A stretch of 64,000 nucleotides of DNA from Eledone cirrhosa (GCA_964016885.1 OZ024740.1:134416001-134480000), one strand, 5' to 3'; counted from the stretch's first letter, positions 1 through 13,651 are shown. Notes: generated by a model not told the origin, from the letters alone. Program-made: numbers and translations.

Positions 1-242
1 GAGAGCTAGAGGAAAGCATTTCGAATAAATTTGTGTGCAGTTGTTTAATAGTATATTTATTACTATTTGTTGAAGTCAGATCTTGAAATAAATGTTTTTT
101 TCAAGAACTATTTGCATTTTATTTTGTAACAGTTTTTATGCCCCAGCCTGTATATGCGTATATATATTTATGTATATATACATATATATATAAATATATG
201 TATATGTATATGTATATGTATATATGTATATGTATGTGTGTG

Positions 243-302
<60 letters not shown>

Positions 303-309
<7 letters not shown>

Positions 310-615
310 AAGTTAAATAAAAGTCAAATGATTAAAATTTAGCTTCGTTTATTACTGCTATATATATTTCAGTGACAGCCATCTTTGGCTGTGACCTCTT
401 CAGGCAGTTTGAATTAGTATGGTATAGACAAGTACATATGTTGTTTAGGTGTATGACAATATCATACACCTAAACAACATATGTACTTGTCTATACCATA
501 CTAATTCAAACTGCCTGAAGAGGTCACAGCCAAAGATGGCTGTCACTGAAATATATATAGCAGTAATAAACGAAGCTAAATTTTAATCATTTGACTTTTA
601 TTTAACTTTATTTTA
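303..615. repeat. Near-perfect fold-back inverted repeat (~154 bp arms, 5 nt loop), Penelope-like pLTR remnant
   Basis: 303-456 is the reverse complement of 462-615, with loop CAATA. Flanked by (TA)n; contains a hammerhead motif and AATAAA. Confidence 0.9.
510..564 (+). ncRNA. Minimal type I hammerhead ribozyme (mirror copy on the minus strand at ~354-408)
   Basis: ACTGC-CTGAAGA-GGTCACAGCC aaagat GGCTGTCACT-GAAA-TATATAT-A-GCAGT: stem I, CUGANGA core, stem II, GAAA, palindromic stem III, then AATAAA. Confidence 0.8.
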
Positions 616-708
616 CACTACTCCGGAGTAACCAAACCAACCTGCGCACTTCGTCGAGTGCTCCAGCCTGCATACTGAGGTGTTGGTATACAACCAACAT
701 AAACTCAA

Positions 709-755
<47 letters not shown>

Positions 756-760
<5 letters not shown>

Positions 761-2056
761 GCACATTTTGAATGCATTTTCTGACGCTTGCACTGCCCTA
801 GGATTGACTGTCAGTCTCAAGAAAACCGTCATCATGTACCAACCTGCCCCTGGTAAGCAGTACAGTGAACCAAATATATATGTGTATGGTAAACGACTTG
901 GAGTGGTTGATCAGTTTGTCTACCTGAGAAGCACTGTCAATCGATACAGCAACCTTGATAGTGAAATCTCACTTAGGATTAGGAAAGCAAGTGATGCTTT
1001 CGGAAAGCTAGAAAGGAGACTCTGGGGTCGGCGAGACATATGCAAGATGACAAAGGTAAAGATGTACAAGGCATGTGTGCTCTCTTCTCTTCTTTATGCC
1101 TGCGAGACCTGGGTCACATATCGACACCACCTTAAACAATTGGAGCGTTTCCATCAGATGTGTCTCAGACGGATCCATGACGTTCACTGGAGGGACCTCT
1201 ATGTGTGACAGTATGGAAACTCTTGTGCTTAAGCAACGACTCTGTTGGAGTGGTCACCTTGCCAGGATGAAGGATTATAGAATACCAAAACAACTCTTTT
1301 ATGGAGAGTTAGTTAAAGGAAAACGACCGCCACATAAACCAAACAAGAGGTATAAGGATTCCTTGAAAACCTCTTTGAAAGACGCTAACATCTCTGTTGA
1401 TACATGGGAAAATATTGCTGCTGATAGTAATAAATGGAGAAAGACTGTATATGAGGGAAAAGTTGCCTTTGAGGCATCTCGAATCGCATACGAGAAAGTA
1501 AAGCGGGATGTGAGAAAGGGCATTGCTGTTGCACTTCCAGACGGAGAGGGTCCTCCTATGGTGCTGACATGCAGCGTTAGTGCGAGACTCTGCCTAAGCA
1601 AAGCTGGACTCGAAAGTCATCTTCGCAGTCATAAAGTAAGATCAGTGGTTGACTACCAGGCTGTTGTTGGAGATGCTACTCATCATGCTTGCCAAGCATG
1701 TGGTAGAGAATGTAAATCAGCAGGAGGGATCAAACGACATGCAAAAGTACATGAACTCCAACCACAGCCGGCTACTCCCAGTGAATGTTTTAGTTGCCGA
1801 CTGTGTGCAAGACATTTTAGATCATTGGCTGGGCTAAAAAGCCACATTCGATCGCAGCGCTGTTATTTGCTATCGTGTGTGTGTATAGATATGTTTATGT
1901 GTGTACGAGTGTGTGTATATATATATGTGTATATTATTATTGTTGTTATTGTCGTTATTATTATTGTTGTTATTATTATTATTATTGTTATTAATATATA
2001 TGTATATATTTTTTTTTCGTGCAATGGCCATACTCGATAACGAGGGGGCAGCCATC
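756..2056 (+). mobile_element. 5'-truncated RTE-clade LINE (RT C-terminal region plus three C2H2-like fingers), frameshifted
   Basis: ORFs 756-1208 (GLTVSLKKT, LSSLLYACETW, LERFHQMCLRRI) and 1075-2040 (WSGHLARM, IPKQLFYGEL, zinc fingers). 3' end TGGCCATACTCGATAACGAGGGGGCAGCCATC followed by (AT)n. Confidence 0.9.
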
Positions 2057-2077
2057 ATATATATATATGTGTGTGTG

Positions 2078-2108
<31 letters not shown>

Positions 2109-2182
2109 ATATTTATTAAAATAACAGATTAAAGTTTAAGCAAAGGATTTTAGTCTTCAAATTTATTATTATTACTATATAT

Positions 2183-2727
<545 letters not shown>

Positions 2728-3101
2728 CACGCATCTCTGTCTGCTTAATATGCTTTTGTACCTGTATTGTATTATGTGATACCTTTGCCATACTGTGATA
2801 TATATGCTTAGTACCATTGCTTGTTTCTTACCTGGTTATTCTGTACATGCCTAATAAGTCTTCACTCTTTCTATACGTTTGCATATATACCGCTAATGTT
2901 CTCATTTTGCGAGTAACTTTCTTCTTTAATTCCTCTATAATTGTTGTATTATTCTTTTATAATCTAAGTCGCATCCACTGATACTGACAACATTATCTTC
3001 ACTCTTTAAATATGACACTGTTAATGACAACACTAACATCTACGTATCTTTACAATTGTTCTGTGGAATAGGAGGTTAATTATATGTCTAAACTTTGCTA
3101 G

Positions 3102-3148
3102 TGCTCCGATGATTCCAAATGAAAGTTTGGAAGAAACGATTGTCAGCA
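3102..3148 (+). ncRNA. Degenerate minimal hammerhead ribozyme (core CCGATGA) in a Penelope-like terminal repeat
   Basis: TGCT-CCGATGA-TTCCAAA tgaaag TTTGGAA-GAAA-CGATTGTC-AGCA then AATAAA; one core substitution. Confidence 0.6.
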
Positions 3149-3266
3149 ATAAAATGTTTTCAACATAGTTTTGATTATTCTGTAATTTATATATATATAT
3201 ATATAGTAATAATAATAAATTTGAAGACTAAAATCCAAAGAGGGCTCGATAAGGATAAATATATAT

Positions 3267-3336
<70 letters not shown>

Positions 3337-3337
<1 letters not shown>

Positions 3338-4609
3338 GAGGTGTGTCAGAAAAGTTCCAGGACTGATGTCACAAAAGATTTATTTCAAACCCAAACTTCA
3401 CACTAAGAGTTTTCTCCTTCAAAGTAATACCCCTGGAGTCTAATGCACTTTTCCATCCTTTTCTGCCACGCTTGCATGCACTCCTGGAAGGATTCTTCCG
3501 GGATCCTCCGCAGTTCCGTCGTCACGGCCTTTTTGATGTCGTCCACGTCTTCAAAACGGGTCCCCTTGATGACCACCTTGAGCTTGGGGAATAGGAAAAA
3601 ATCACACGGACCCAGGTCGGGGGAGTAGGGAGGTTGTTCCAGTACGGCGATGTTCTTCTCGGCCAGGAACTGTCGGATCATCAGGGCATTGTAAGCAGGC
3701 GCGTTGTCATGGTGAAGCAGCCACGAGTTGTCCTTCCACAACTCTCGCCTCTTCTCCCGCACTGAACGAAGCAAACGCTGCAGTATCTCTTTGTAGACAT
3801 GTTGGTTGATCGTCTGGCCCCTGGCAAGAACTCGCAGTGGACGATACTCCTCGCATCGAAGAATGTGATCAACATGACCTTGACTTTGGACTTCGACTGT
3901 CGTGCTTTCTTCGGCCTTGGCGACGGCGGACTCTTCCACTGAAGGCTCTGGCGTTTGTTTCCGGGTCGTACTCGAAGATCCATGATCACCGGTGATGACT
4001 GTCCCTAGCAAGTCTAATTCGGTTTCAAGACGCTCGAGGATGTCCTGGCACACTTGCATGCGTCGACCCTTCTGGTCATCGTTCAGCCGTTTTGGCACTA
4101 TCTTCGCGCAGACTTTCTGCATGTCCAAATCTTCAGTGAGAATCTTCCAGACGCTGTCCTGACTCATGCCCAGCTCATTTACCATCAGTCGAACAGTCAG
4201 CTGATGATCGCTACGCACCATCTGCCTGACACGCTCAACATTGACCTCAGTTCTGGTTGTTGAGGGCCTTCCGCTCCTGGGGTCACCTTCAACGTCCTCG
4301 CGTCCTTCTTTAAACCTCTTGCACCACTCAAAAACACATGAGCGTGACATCCTCTCATCTCCATACACTTGCTGCAGAAATCCCAGTGCTTCTGACGGAG
4401 TTTTCAAGTTTGTTCGTTGCTCTGTGCTCATTGCTTGACGACCTGAAACAGAGGACATGTATATAAAATTATGAAGAAAAACGTTTGCTTGCTGCAGAGA
4501 GCTAAGATTACAGTTAGATACTCCAGGGGGATTACTTTGAAGGAGAAAATTCTTAGTGTGAAGTTTGGGTTTTGTGACATCAGTCCTGGAACTTTTCTGA
4601 CACACCTCG
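3337..4609 (-). mobile_element. Mariner DNA transposon with extended TIRs, TA-flanked
   Basis: TIR CGAGGTGTGTCAGAAAAGTTCCAGGACTGATGTCACAAAA at both ends, flanked by TA. Confidence 0.95.
3403..4431 (-). pseudogene. Mariner transposase with two compensating frameshifts
   Basis: HTH region, PRSGRP, IVPKRL (WVPHEL equivalent), ITGD, HHDNA, YSPDLGPCDFFLF. The segment KARQSKSKVKVMLITFFD lies in another frame (ORF 3681-3989). Confidence 0.88.
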
Positions 4610-4623
4610 TATATATATTTATA

Positions 4624-5243
4624 CAGGGTGCGGACGGTATTTGAGCACACAGGAATTTTTCGTCATTATTTTATTAGACTAATTTTTATTGAACTTCCAT
4701 TTCAGAAAATAACAATGAAATTAACTCTGCTTACTAATAAAATGAAAAGGCATGCTGTGATTGTGGTTTTGAAGGCTAAGCTTGGGGATTTAGGAATTTC
4801 TCGTTTTCTGAAAGTTACAAGATCTTTTGTCCACAAGATTCGGTGTGAGTTAGAGAAAGAAGATGGAAGGGTATTACCTGTATCAAAACGTAAAAAACAT
4901 TCCAAACGCTCTGATTCTATCCGGACACCTGAATTTATTCAGGAAGTTAAGCAAAACATTGATGACAATCCAGGAAAATCAATGAGGTCAATTGCAAAAA
5001 ATGTTGGTGTGTCAGAAAAAACAATCAGAAATGTTGTGCATGAAGACATCAGATACAAATCTTACGTGATGAGGAGAGGTCAATTTATGTCAGAAAAAAG
5101 AAAGAAGGGCGTTTAATCATATCCAAAAGACTTTTAAACAAACTTAAAAATCCATTTGGTTTTTCTCATCTGAGAAAAACTTTGACGAGGACCACAAAAC
5201 TAACAGAAGAAATGATAGGTGGCTGTGTGCAGACCCTTCTGGG
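4624..5243 (+). mobile_element. 3'-truncated Tc1/mariner-superfamily transposon (maT/DD37D-like)
   Basis: TA|CAGGGTG start; ORF with NPGKSMRSIAKNVGVSEKTIRNVVHEDIRYKSY, then degenerate FS(D)EKNF and NRRNDRW. Confidence 0.75.
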
Positions 5244-5532
5244 GAAATTAAATACCTCTTGTGTTCATCGTTTCAAGTGGCGTGGGTGGATTGTAAAACG
5301 GCTAGAAATAATAGCCTAAATTCACCCAACTTGTTAGCTCACAAATCAAGGAGCCGAAATTCAAATAAAAAACGACGAACACAGTAGGTGATTATTTAGT
5401 TTACCTACTCTCATAGGTGTTTGTTGCATATAATCTCAACTCCCGCTGACGAATGCCTTCAGATTATCTGTTACAAACTCAACTTTTCTGTCCGGGGGAT
5501 AATAGTTTGCATGTATCCATATATATTTATGT

Positions 5533-5591
<59 letters not shown>

Positions 5592-5734
5592 GTATAATAA
5601 ACAATACAATATAATTACCTCATAACCAGAGGTTTCCCGAATAAGACGAATACAAGTAACGTCCTCATTCGTTCGTCGGACAAGGCAATTTAAAACAGTG
5701 AAATATTTGAAAAATATATATATATATATATATC

Positions 5735-5823
<89 letters not shown>

Positions 5824-5839
5824 TATATAAATATATATA

Positions 5840-5930
<91 letters not shown>

Positions 5931-5950
5931 GTATATATATATATATACAT

Positions 5951-5981
<31 letters not shown>

Positions 5982-6102
5982 GCGTGCGTCCGTGTGTGTA
6001 TGTAAAAGGTAAACAAATAACAACACAATCGGTACAGTATATGGAAGGGATATATTAGGTTAACGATTGATATAGCAGGAAGAGGGTCTTAACGTTTCGG
6101 AT

Positions 6103-6151
<49 letters not shown>

Positions 6152-6298
6152 CACACACACAGAGGCAGACATGCAAACATAAACACACACATATACACAC
6201 CCGTATAATTACATACATATACATCCGTAAACCTAGGAATTGCTTATAAGTACACGTTAGGGAATAAAATTATATACACTAAATTATACATACCTATG

Positions 6299-6342
<44 letters not shown>

Positions 6343-6350
<8 letters not shown>

Positions 6351-6668
6351 TAAATGGAAACTATATTTATAAAACCATAATTATTTTATTATATATATTT
6401 CAAGGGCAACCAAGGCAAATTATGACACGCTTTCATCAGATAAAATACACATTTGTTTTATAAATAGATATTGACATACCCAGAAAAAAGACAACCTTAA
6501 CGGTTGAAGTTAAGGTTGTCTTTTTTCCGGGTATGTCAATATTTATTTATAAAACAAATCTGTATTTTATCTGATGAAAGCGTGCCATAATTTGTCTTGG
6601 TTGCCCTTGAAATATATATAATAAAATAATTATGGTTTTATAAATATAGTTTCCATTTATTAATATAT
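6343..6668. repeat. Fold-back inverted repeat (~160 bp arms, 7 nt loop), Penelope-like pLTR remnant
   Basis: Arms pair around loop GGTTGAA (6502-6508) with a few mismatches; preceded by (TA)n. Confidence 0.9.
6564..6627 (+). ncRNA. Minimal type I hammerhead ribozyme with imperfect stem II
   Basis: ATTTTAT-CTGATGA-AAG...CTT-GAAA-TATATAT-A-ATAAAAT. Confidence 0.65.
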
Positions 6669-7613
6669 TGAATATTTACTCCACTACTGTTGAGTGCTTT
6701 ATATCAGCTATACAATTTTTAAGCTTGTTGAATCCCAACAAATTAAATATAACCTCTGCATATATACATATATATGTTTAAGTAAACGAGGTATCGTTTA
6801 AGGCAATCCAAGTAGGGGTTATGCGTAACCTGTACAGTGGATGATTCTAACGTCCGGCGTTGTTTGACTCGACAAGATGTTTACTTAGTTGTGGTATTCG
6901 GGTGGCGGATTCCAGAAAGTTCATAGGTAAGCAGTTCCTAGAGTATTAATAATGAAGGAGTGAAGAAAAACAGGGACAGCTATACATTAGGGTTTAATCC
7001 AAGTATTAACAAATGTTTCATTGGTCTGTTGTGTCTAAAAGTCGCTATCTGTAGTGCCTTTATCACCCATTAAGCCTTTATCTCTCAAAATATCTTTCAA
7101 TCCACTTGTTCGCCGTCTGTTATTTTTTTGTTATTTTTATTTTATTATATTGTCCACAACTCTTTCATCCTAACGCCTGTATATCTATATTCATACACTT
7201 GTTTTTTGTCATTTTGTAACCTCACTCTATATTTTCTCATTTTCTACTTGTTTATTCCCTTATCATACTTTCAATTCTTACGTTATCAGATTTTCATTTG
7301 TATTTTTATCTTATTGTCTTTTCATATCATTTTCTTTCTTGCTATTATTTTTTCATACCATTATCTTACTATCCCTCACCTCGCTATGCCTTTTCTCTTG
7401 TTATTGTTCATGTTATTTTTCTTGTCATTATCGATATAAATGCGTTGTACCGAACTAGTATTTTGACGGTTTGACTGGTGGTAACTGTACTTAAAATCGA
7501 TAGTCATGGTAGCATTAAAGATAGCGATTTTTAGACACACCGGACCAATGAAACACTTGTTAAAGCTTGGAATAAACCCTAATATATAGCTGATCCGTGT
7601 TATTCTTCACTCT

Positions 7614-7680
<67 letters not shown>

Positions 7681-7684
<4 letters not shown>

Positions 7685-8771
7685 GCTCTAGTCTGTCCGG
7701 CATACTTGCGATCTCGTACATGTACCACCTGGAACGCAAGGCACTCAACACCTGCCAACCCAACACCGTCGCCTTCTACTCCAGATACGTTGATGACATA
7801 CTGATACTCACTTCTTCCCGGGAGATGGCGAATGAAATTCACCAAATCTTTAACGACACTGACCATCACGTCGATTTCACCATCGAACACCCTGAAGAAG
7901 ACGGGTCACTCGCCCTCCTCGACTTCCGTATCAACATCTCGGAAGAAGGAGACATAAACACCACCTTCTACCGCAAGGCAGCGTGCAAGGACTTATTTGT
8001 GCATTACAACTCAGCCCTACCCAACAACGCTAAGAGAGGCTATGTCCTAAATGAACTTACACGGATCACTAATAGATGCAGCGACCCGATGGGTGGTCTC
8101 ACCCATACCACGCAATTCCGTAATCTACTCAAGTCTAATGGATATCCCAAGCGACTGATTAACGGAATTAGAGACCCCAGACCCAATAGACAGACACCCA
8201 CTAGAAACTTAGATAAAAGCAGGTGCTTCTTTAAAATCCCCCACCTGAGTGAATATACCACGAACGCCATCCGCAGGGCCATACGGAGGGAGGGACTTGA
8301 TATACATTTGGCCCACACAGGACCTTCGCTCCGAAGATGCCTCTCCACCAAACCCTACAAGTCAGATGGGACGTGTTCCCTCAGCAACTGCCCGATACGG
8401 GGGCAGATTGCCTACGCACCTATGTCGTATATAAGATTCAATGCGATAAATGTAACAAGTTTTACATAGGTAGCACCATCCGACCCCTACATGTTCGTAT
8501 CAAGGAACATGTCAACACCAACGCATCTTCCTTCCGTAAACACATCCTTAATTGCGGAAACCCACAGGGCAGACCCTTGGTCACAGTCCTAGCGACTGAA
8601 CGCAGCATCGGATCCTTAAGGATAAAGGAAGCACTTGTTATTAAGAACCTCAGACCCCCACTTAACAACCGGGCTGAGAGAAATGAGCTGACATAGCTAA
8701 TTTAACCATAGTGACCAGTAACAGCCCCTACGGCCTACTATATTTCACACACACGCACTTATATGTATACC

Positions 8772-8803
<32 letters not shown>

Positions 8804-9240
8804 TCTATATTTATACACGCACACATGTTTATACAACCTACCACCTTTCACACCCTTTGATTTCCAGCTTCTACGGCCCACTATCTTTCACACACACACA
8901 CACTCACATACATACACACATACACATATACACACACAGTTACATACACATATATATTTACACACACATATTTTAAGGCTTTCACACGCTAGCGCACCCT
9001 ATTGATTTAACCCAATTGGTCAGTAGCTTTTGCCACAGCCTATCACGCGCACGCGCATTCTTTCCCTCGTTTGAATTTTCCCCATAACGGCATTCCTATG
9101 TTTTAACGACAATACAACTTTCTCCGGCTTAGCCTGTTCCCCCCCTTTTGGATCTTTCCCCCGTTGATGGGCGTGAGCCCGAAATATTGGGATTAAATCT
9201 CCACTACGGTAACCCTTCTACCTTTGTTTTGTTTTCTTTT
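7681..9240 (+). mobile_element. 5'-truncated Penelope-like element (RT plus C-terminal GIY-YIG), frameshifted
   Basis: MGSSLSGILA, YSRYVDDILIL, LDF, FYRK; then VVYKIQCDKCNKFYIGSTIRPLHVRIKEH (ORF 8337-8696). Starts right after (TA)n; decayed hammerhead-like motif at 9157-9192. Confidence 0.9.
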
Positions 9241-9375
9241 TTCGTTTCTCTCAATTTTCACTTTTCTCCTATTTCTCACTCACTTCCTACCTCGAGATTT
9301 CCCATCTGCATTGTTGTGGCTTTCTAAACTACATATTTTACACATTTCACAATGCTTCAAGCAAACTTTAACACC

Positions 9376-9506
<131 letters not shown>

Positions 9507-10071
9507 GTATGTATATATATATATATATATATATTGGTAAAAGGAAAAGAAAATGCTGACAAATTGTTCCCAGTGAAAAATAGTTTAATTAGGAATAAGT
9601 AAAAATTAGTAATAAGTATTGGTTAGTATTCAGTTTTAGTTTTAAGTTTTTACCGGTTGCGCATTTCTAATGCTTTTCAAAAGTAATTTTGAGATAGAGC
9701 GCCCGTGATGTTTGCTCTAATCTGATTAGTTTTGGAAATTCTACCTGTTTTATGTGAAAAAAGTGGCTCCAGAGGTATTAAAATAAGTTTCGCGCCAATT
9801 CGTGTTGCAAAAATTCTTGTGGTCAAAACAATTTTGATTGGTCGTAGAGGTCACATGAATGTTAAAAATTGATTTTGCGCCAAATGTAGGTTTGTCAAAG
9901 AGTGTCCTTTTTCGCCTGATTGAGAAGTCACTGAAAAATAAGTCTTTTAAGACAAATATGTGTGTGTGTGTATAGTATAGAGGTTCATTGTTGTGATAAT
10001 GGTCAGTAGGGATGCGTGTGTGAATTGCAGTCATGTTGAAAGGTCAACAGTTTAGGTGCCTATTAAGATAA

Positions 10072-10075
<4 letters not shown>

Positions 10076-10147
<72 letters not shown>

Positions 10148-10635
10148 CAGAGTAATTCGCGGTAGAGGGATCGGTCAGTAGGAATGTGTTTGTACGTGTG
10201 TGGGGGATATTTTAACATGTTGAAAGATATATTTCAGCTCTTGTCTTATACGGAGAAGTGTGTGTGTGTGTGTGTATGTCTCTTTGTATGTTAGTGTACG
10301 CGTGTGTATGTGTGTGTGTATATATGTGTATATGTGTGTATGTGTGTGTGTGGGAGGGGGACCAGTATTTTTGTGATACTGGTAAAAATGGAGTACATTA
10401 TTCGATATTTTCAGCAAAAACGATTCTCTCAAGAGAACATCAAAAACATTAATAATAAAAGGTGTGAAATGATATATAGTATTGTCATAACACCAAGGTG
10501 TGTGTGAGTGTCCAGATTGTACGTACTGCAAGGGGAATCCATTAGACCCTGCCGTATTGGAATACTTGTGTACAAATATGTATGTACCCATCAGTGTGCA
10601 ATGCATGACCGATCCCTCTACCAGGAATTACTCTG

Positions 10636-10706
<71 letters not shown>
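10076..10706. repeat. Inverted repeat of (GT)n plus ~35 bp unique sequence
   Basis: TGTAGCAGAGTAATTCGCGGTAGAGGGATCGGTCA (~10143-10177) is mirrored at ~10606-10640, followed by (CA)n. Confidence 0.75.
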
Positions 10707-10707
<1 letters not shown>

Positions 10708-10734
10708 CTATCCTAAGGTTAAAGACAGAGAGGG

Positions 10735-12700
10735 AGGACTCTATTTTCACTGATAAAATAAAATATTGCAGGGGTATATTTCAGGGGGAAGTCTCTCTGT
10801 GATATTGTTCATCTTGTCGTTAAACCGCTTGACCTTTCTGCTCAAGAAATGTGATGGATACATCATTGGCTCACAGGAGGACAGAAATACGAACCTAACC
10901 CATAACTTCTTTGTGGACGATCTGAAACTCTATGCCAAGAACATGGATGGGATAAAGAAAAGTTTTGACCTGGTTACAACGTTCTTAAAGGATATAGGAA
11001 TGGAGTTTGGCCAAGATAAATGCTCATACATGACTGTAAAGCGGGGAAAAACAACAACCCAATCTAGCAACATTGTCATCAATGGTCTAACTGTTTCACC
11101 GGTATCTGATGAGGACTGCTACAGATACCTGGGGATTAATGAGAACATATGCTATAATGGTATCTGTAATAAAGAACGTGTAACCAGGGAATACTACACC
11201 CGATTAAGAAAGATCTGGTCATCGGAACTCTCTGCGCAAAACAAAACAGTTGCTCACAATGTGTTTGCTGTGCCTGTCCTAACACCAACGTTTGGAATAC
11301 TCAATTGGACGATAGACGAAATCCGAGCAGTTGGTGTTGGAACTCGAAAAATACTGAACAACACCGGAAACTTCCACATCAACAGTGACATAGACCGCCT
11401 TTACTTGAAACGTAAGCAGGGAGGCAGAGGCCTAACATCAGTCCAGACAACATTTGAATGTCGCATCATATCTCTCTGACAACATCTACGAACCTCGAAG
11501 CGTAGGAGCCCGCTTCTCGAGCAAGTCTATCTGCATGAAACAGATAAGATCATGACAGTTGGGAAGGAACTCCTTGAGAGATATTCCCTGTGTGATAATC
11601 AAAACCTCACACCCAGGGATGTCGCTCTGCAGTATCGCAGTGAATCCATGGATGAAAAACTGCATGCCTATCAGCAAAAAATTATGCATGGATATGTTGC
11701 CAGAAAGCTCCAGAGTGAGAGTAGTATAGATAAGGAAAGTAGTCTATCTTGGACCAACAACCGCTATATTGGCTCCCACTTTGAAGGATACGCTTTTGCA
11801 ATCCAAGAACAGGAGATTAGCACGAAATACCTGATTCACAAAAGAGATAGGATGCAGGCAAAACACCTAGATGTGATAACAAGTGCAGACTCTGCAGAAC
11901 TAATATCGAGGATATCACCCATGTCATCAGCAGCTGTCCAAAGATGTCATCGCGGTACTATCTACCTATGAAGCATGATGTAGTGGCCAAAACACTGTAC
12001 AATGCAGTTCGTAAAAAAGATAGCCCCGATAATAAACACATTAAAAGCTACAACAATGTGGAAGACATCCATGTACATAATATGAAAGAGTACTGGTGGA
12101 ATGTTCCAATAAAGACCCCAATAAAATGCAGGCATAACAGACCAGATATTATGATATGGGACAGGGAGAAGAAAGCATGCACAGTAGTGGAAATTAGCTG
12201 TCCAGAAGATGCCAATATAGTATCAAAGATTAGTGAAAAGGAGAATATTTATGCAGAACTGATGAAAAATCTGCAGATACTCGACCCTGATTACACCTTC
12301 AGATTTATACCTGTTATTATTGGGACACTGGAGTATGTTAGTAACTGCCTCAATACAAATCTTGAGAAGCTGGGCTTCACAGGAACAGAAAGAACACAAC
12401 TAGTTAGGAAATTACAAGTACAATCCATTAATGGAACAGTAAAAATATGTAAAACATTCCAAACATTTTGCATCTAATAACTGCATATACACATGTACAG
12501 ATACAAAGCATATACACATGCACACATACAACTCAAAACATACACATCCACACATACAATAACATCCATATCTACACATGCAGACATATCTACCTAGTTG
12601 ATGTTGTGTAAATTCCAATGAGAGAGTATTGTGTCTATGTTAGAAACCGACTCTCTCTCTATTGGTAAAACTTTGTGAAATTATAAAACCAGAAGAACAT
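10735..12700 (+). mobile_element. 5'-truncated R4/Dong-clade non-LTR retrotransposon (RT, CCHC, RLE), disrupted
   Basis: RGIFQG, FFVDDLKLYAK, YRYLGI, DIDRLYLKRKQGGRGL, EGYAFAIQEQEI, HNRPDIMIWD..VVEISCP; 3' stem-loop ~12616-12666 and (CATA)n tail. Confidence 0.88.
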
Positions 12701-12780
12701 ACATACATAGATAGATACATACATACATACATACATACATACATACATACATACATACATACATACATACATACATACAT

Positions 12781-12919
12781 CATTGGATACCATCAGGGTT
12801 GCAGGTGTTATATCAGAGTTTTCCTTCTCCTAGAATTATGCCTTGACAAAGGCTAAGGGGTCTTCTCTCCCGGTGATTTTGGATGACCATTGACTCTTAA
12901 GAGCTCCTTTGCCCTTTGA
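12781..12919 (-). mobile_element. Fragment of bipartite RTE-derived element (5' part)
   Basis: Near-identical to 13268-13405. Confidence 0.7.
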
Positions 12920-12945
12920 TATATATACATACATATAATATATAT

Positions 12946-13545
12946 ACATGGTGGCTGCCAACTCGTTTTCGAGTACGGCCACTAATTTATATCCATGTAG
13001 GAGAACCCCTACCGATGCGCTGAACGAGTGTGACTTTTTAGTCCAGCCAGCCACTTGAAAACTCTGGTACAAGCACTACACTTGTGACAATTATTGACAC
13101 ATAATGCTGGGCTCATGGTACCATGTGATGACAAGTGCAGAGAGATCTCCAGATATAAAGCAATGCCTGTGCCGTGAAGCTTTTATAGTGAGCAAAGGCA
13201 CTGCACAAAGCCAGTCCCACTCTCTTAACCAAGATGATATTTACCAAAAAGAAGAACAAGTCAACATCATTGGATACCATCAGGGTTGCAGGTGTTATAT
13301 CAGAGTTTTCCTTCTCCTAGTATTCTGCCTTGACAAAGGCTAAGGGGTCATCTCTCTCGGTGATTTTGGATGGCCATTGACTCTTAAGAGCTCCTTTGCC
13401 CTTTGACAGGTTTTGTTTTTAGTCCTGCAGGATGTCTAAAGTCACCCTCCTCACCAAGAAACCAGTTTAGTCGCCAATGACCCGACCATGAGACAGGTTG
13501 TACTGGGATACATGTTACCAGTAGCACCAACTGGTGACCTGACAT
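12946..13545 (-). mobile_element. Bipartite non-autonomous RTE derivative (~600 bp)
   Basis: RTE 5'-type motif CTAGGAGAAGGAAAACTCTGA joined to a last C2H2 finger and a 3' end TGGCCGTACTCGAAAACGAGTTGGCAGCCACC that matches the RTE end at ~2025-2056. Confidence 0.75.
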
Positions 13546-13622
13546 AAACATACATACATACATAGATACATACATACATACATACATACATACATACATA
13601 CATACATACATACATACATACA

Positions 13623-13651
<29 letters not shown>

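Noticed and set aside
4432-4650. N-terminal extension of the 415 aa mariner ORF
   Set aside because: It runs through the TIR and beyond the element; the real start is probably the ATG at 4431.
13455-13545. Possible HDV-like ribozyme at the 5' end of the RTE derivative (GG-stem-CTAA-ACTGG pairing with CCAGT)
   Set aside because: P2 and P4 look plausible but I could not build P3/L3. A consensus sequence would be needed to decide.
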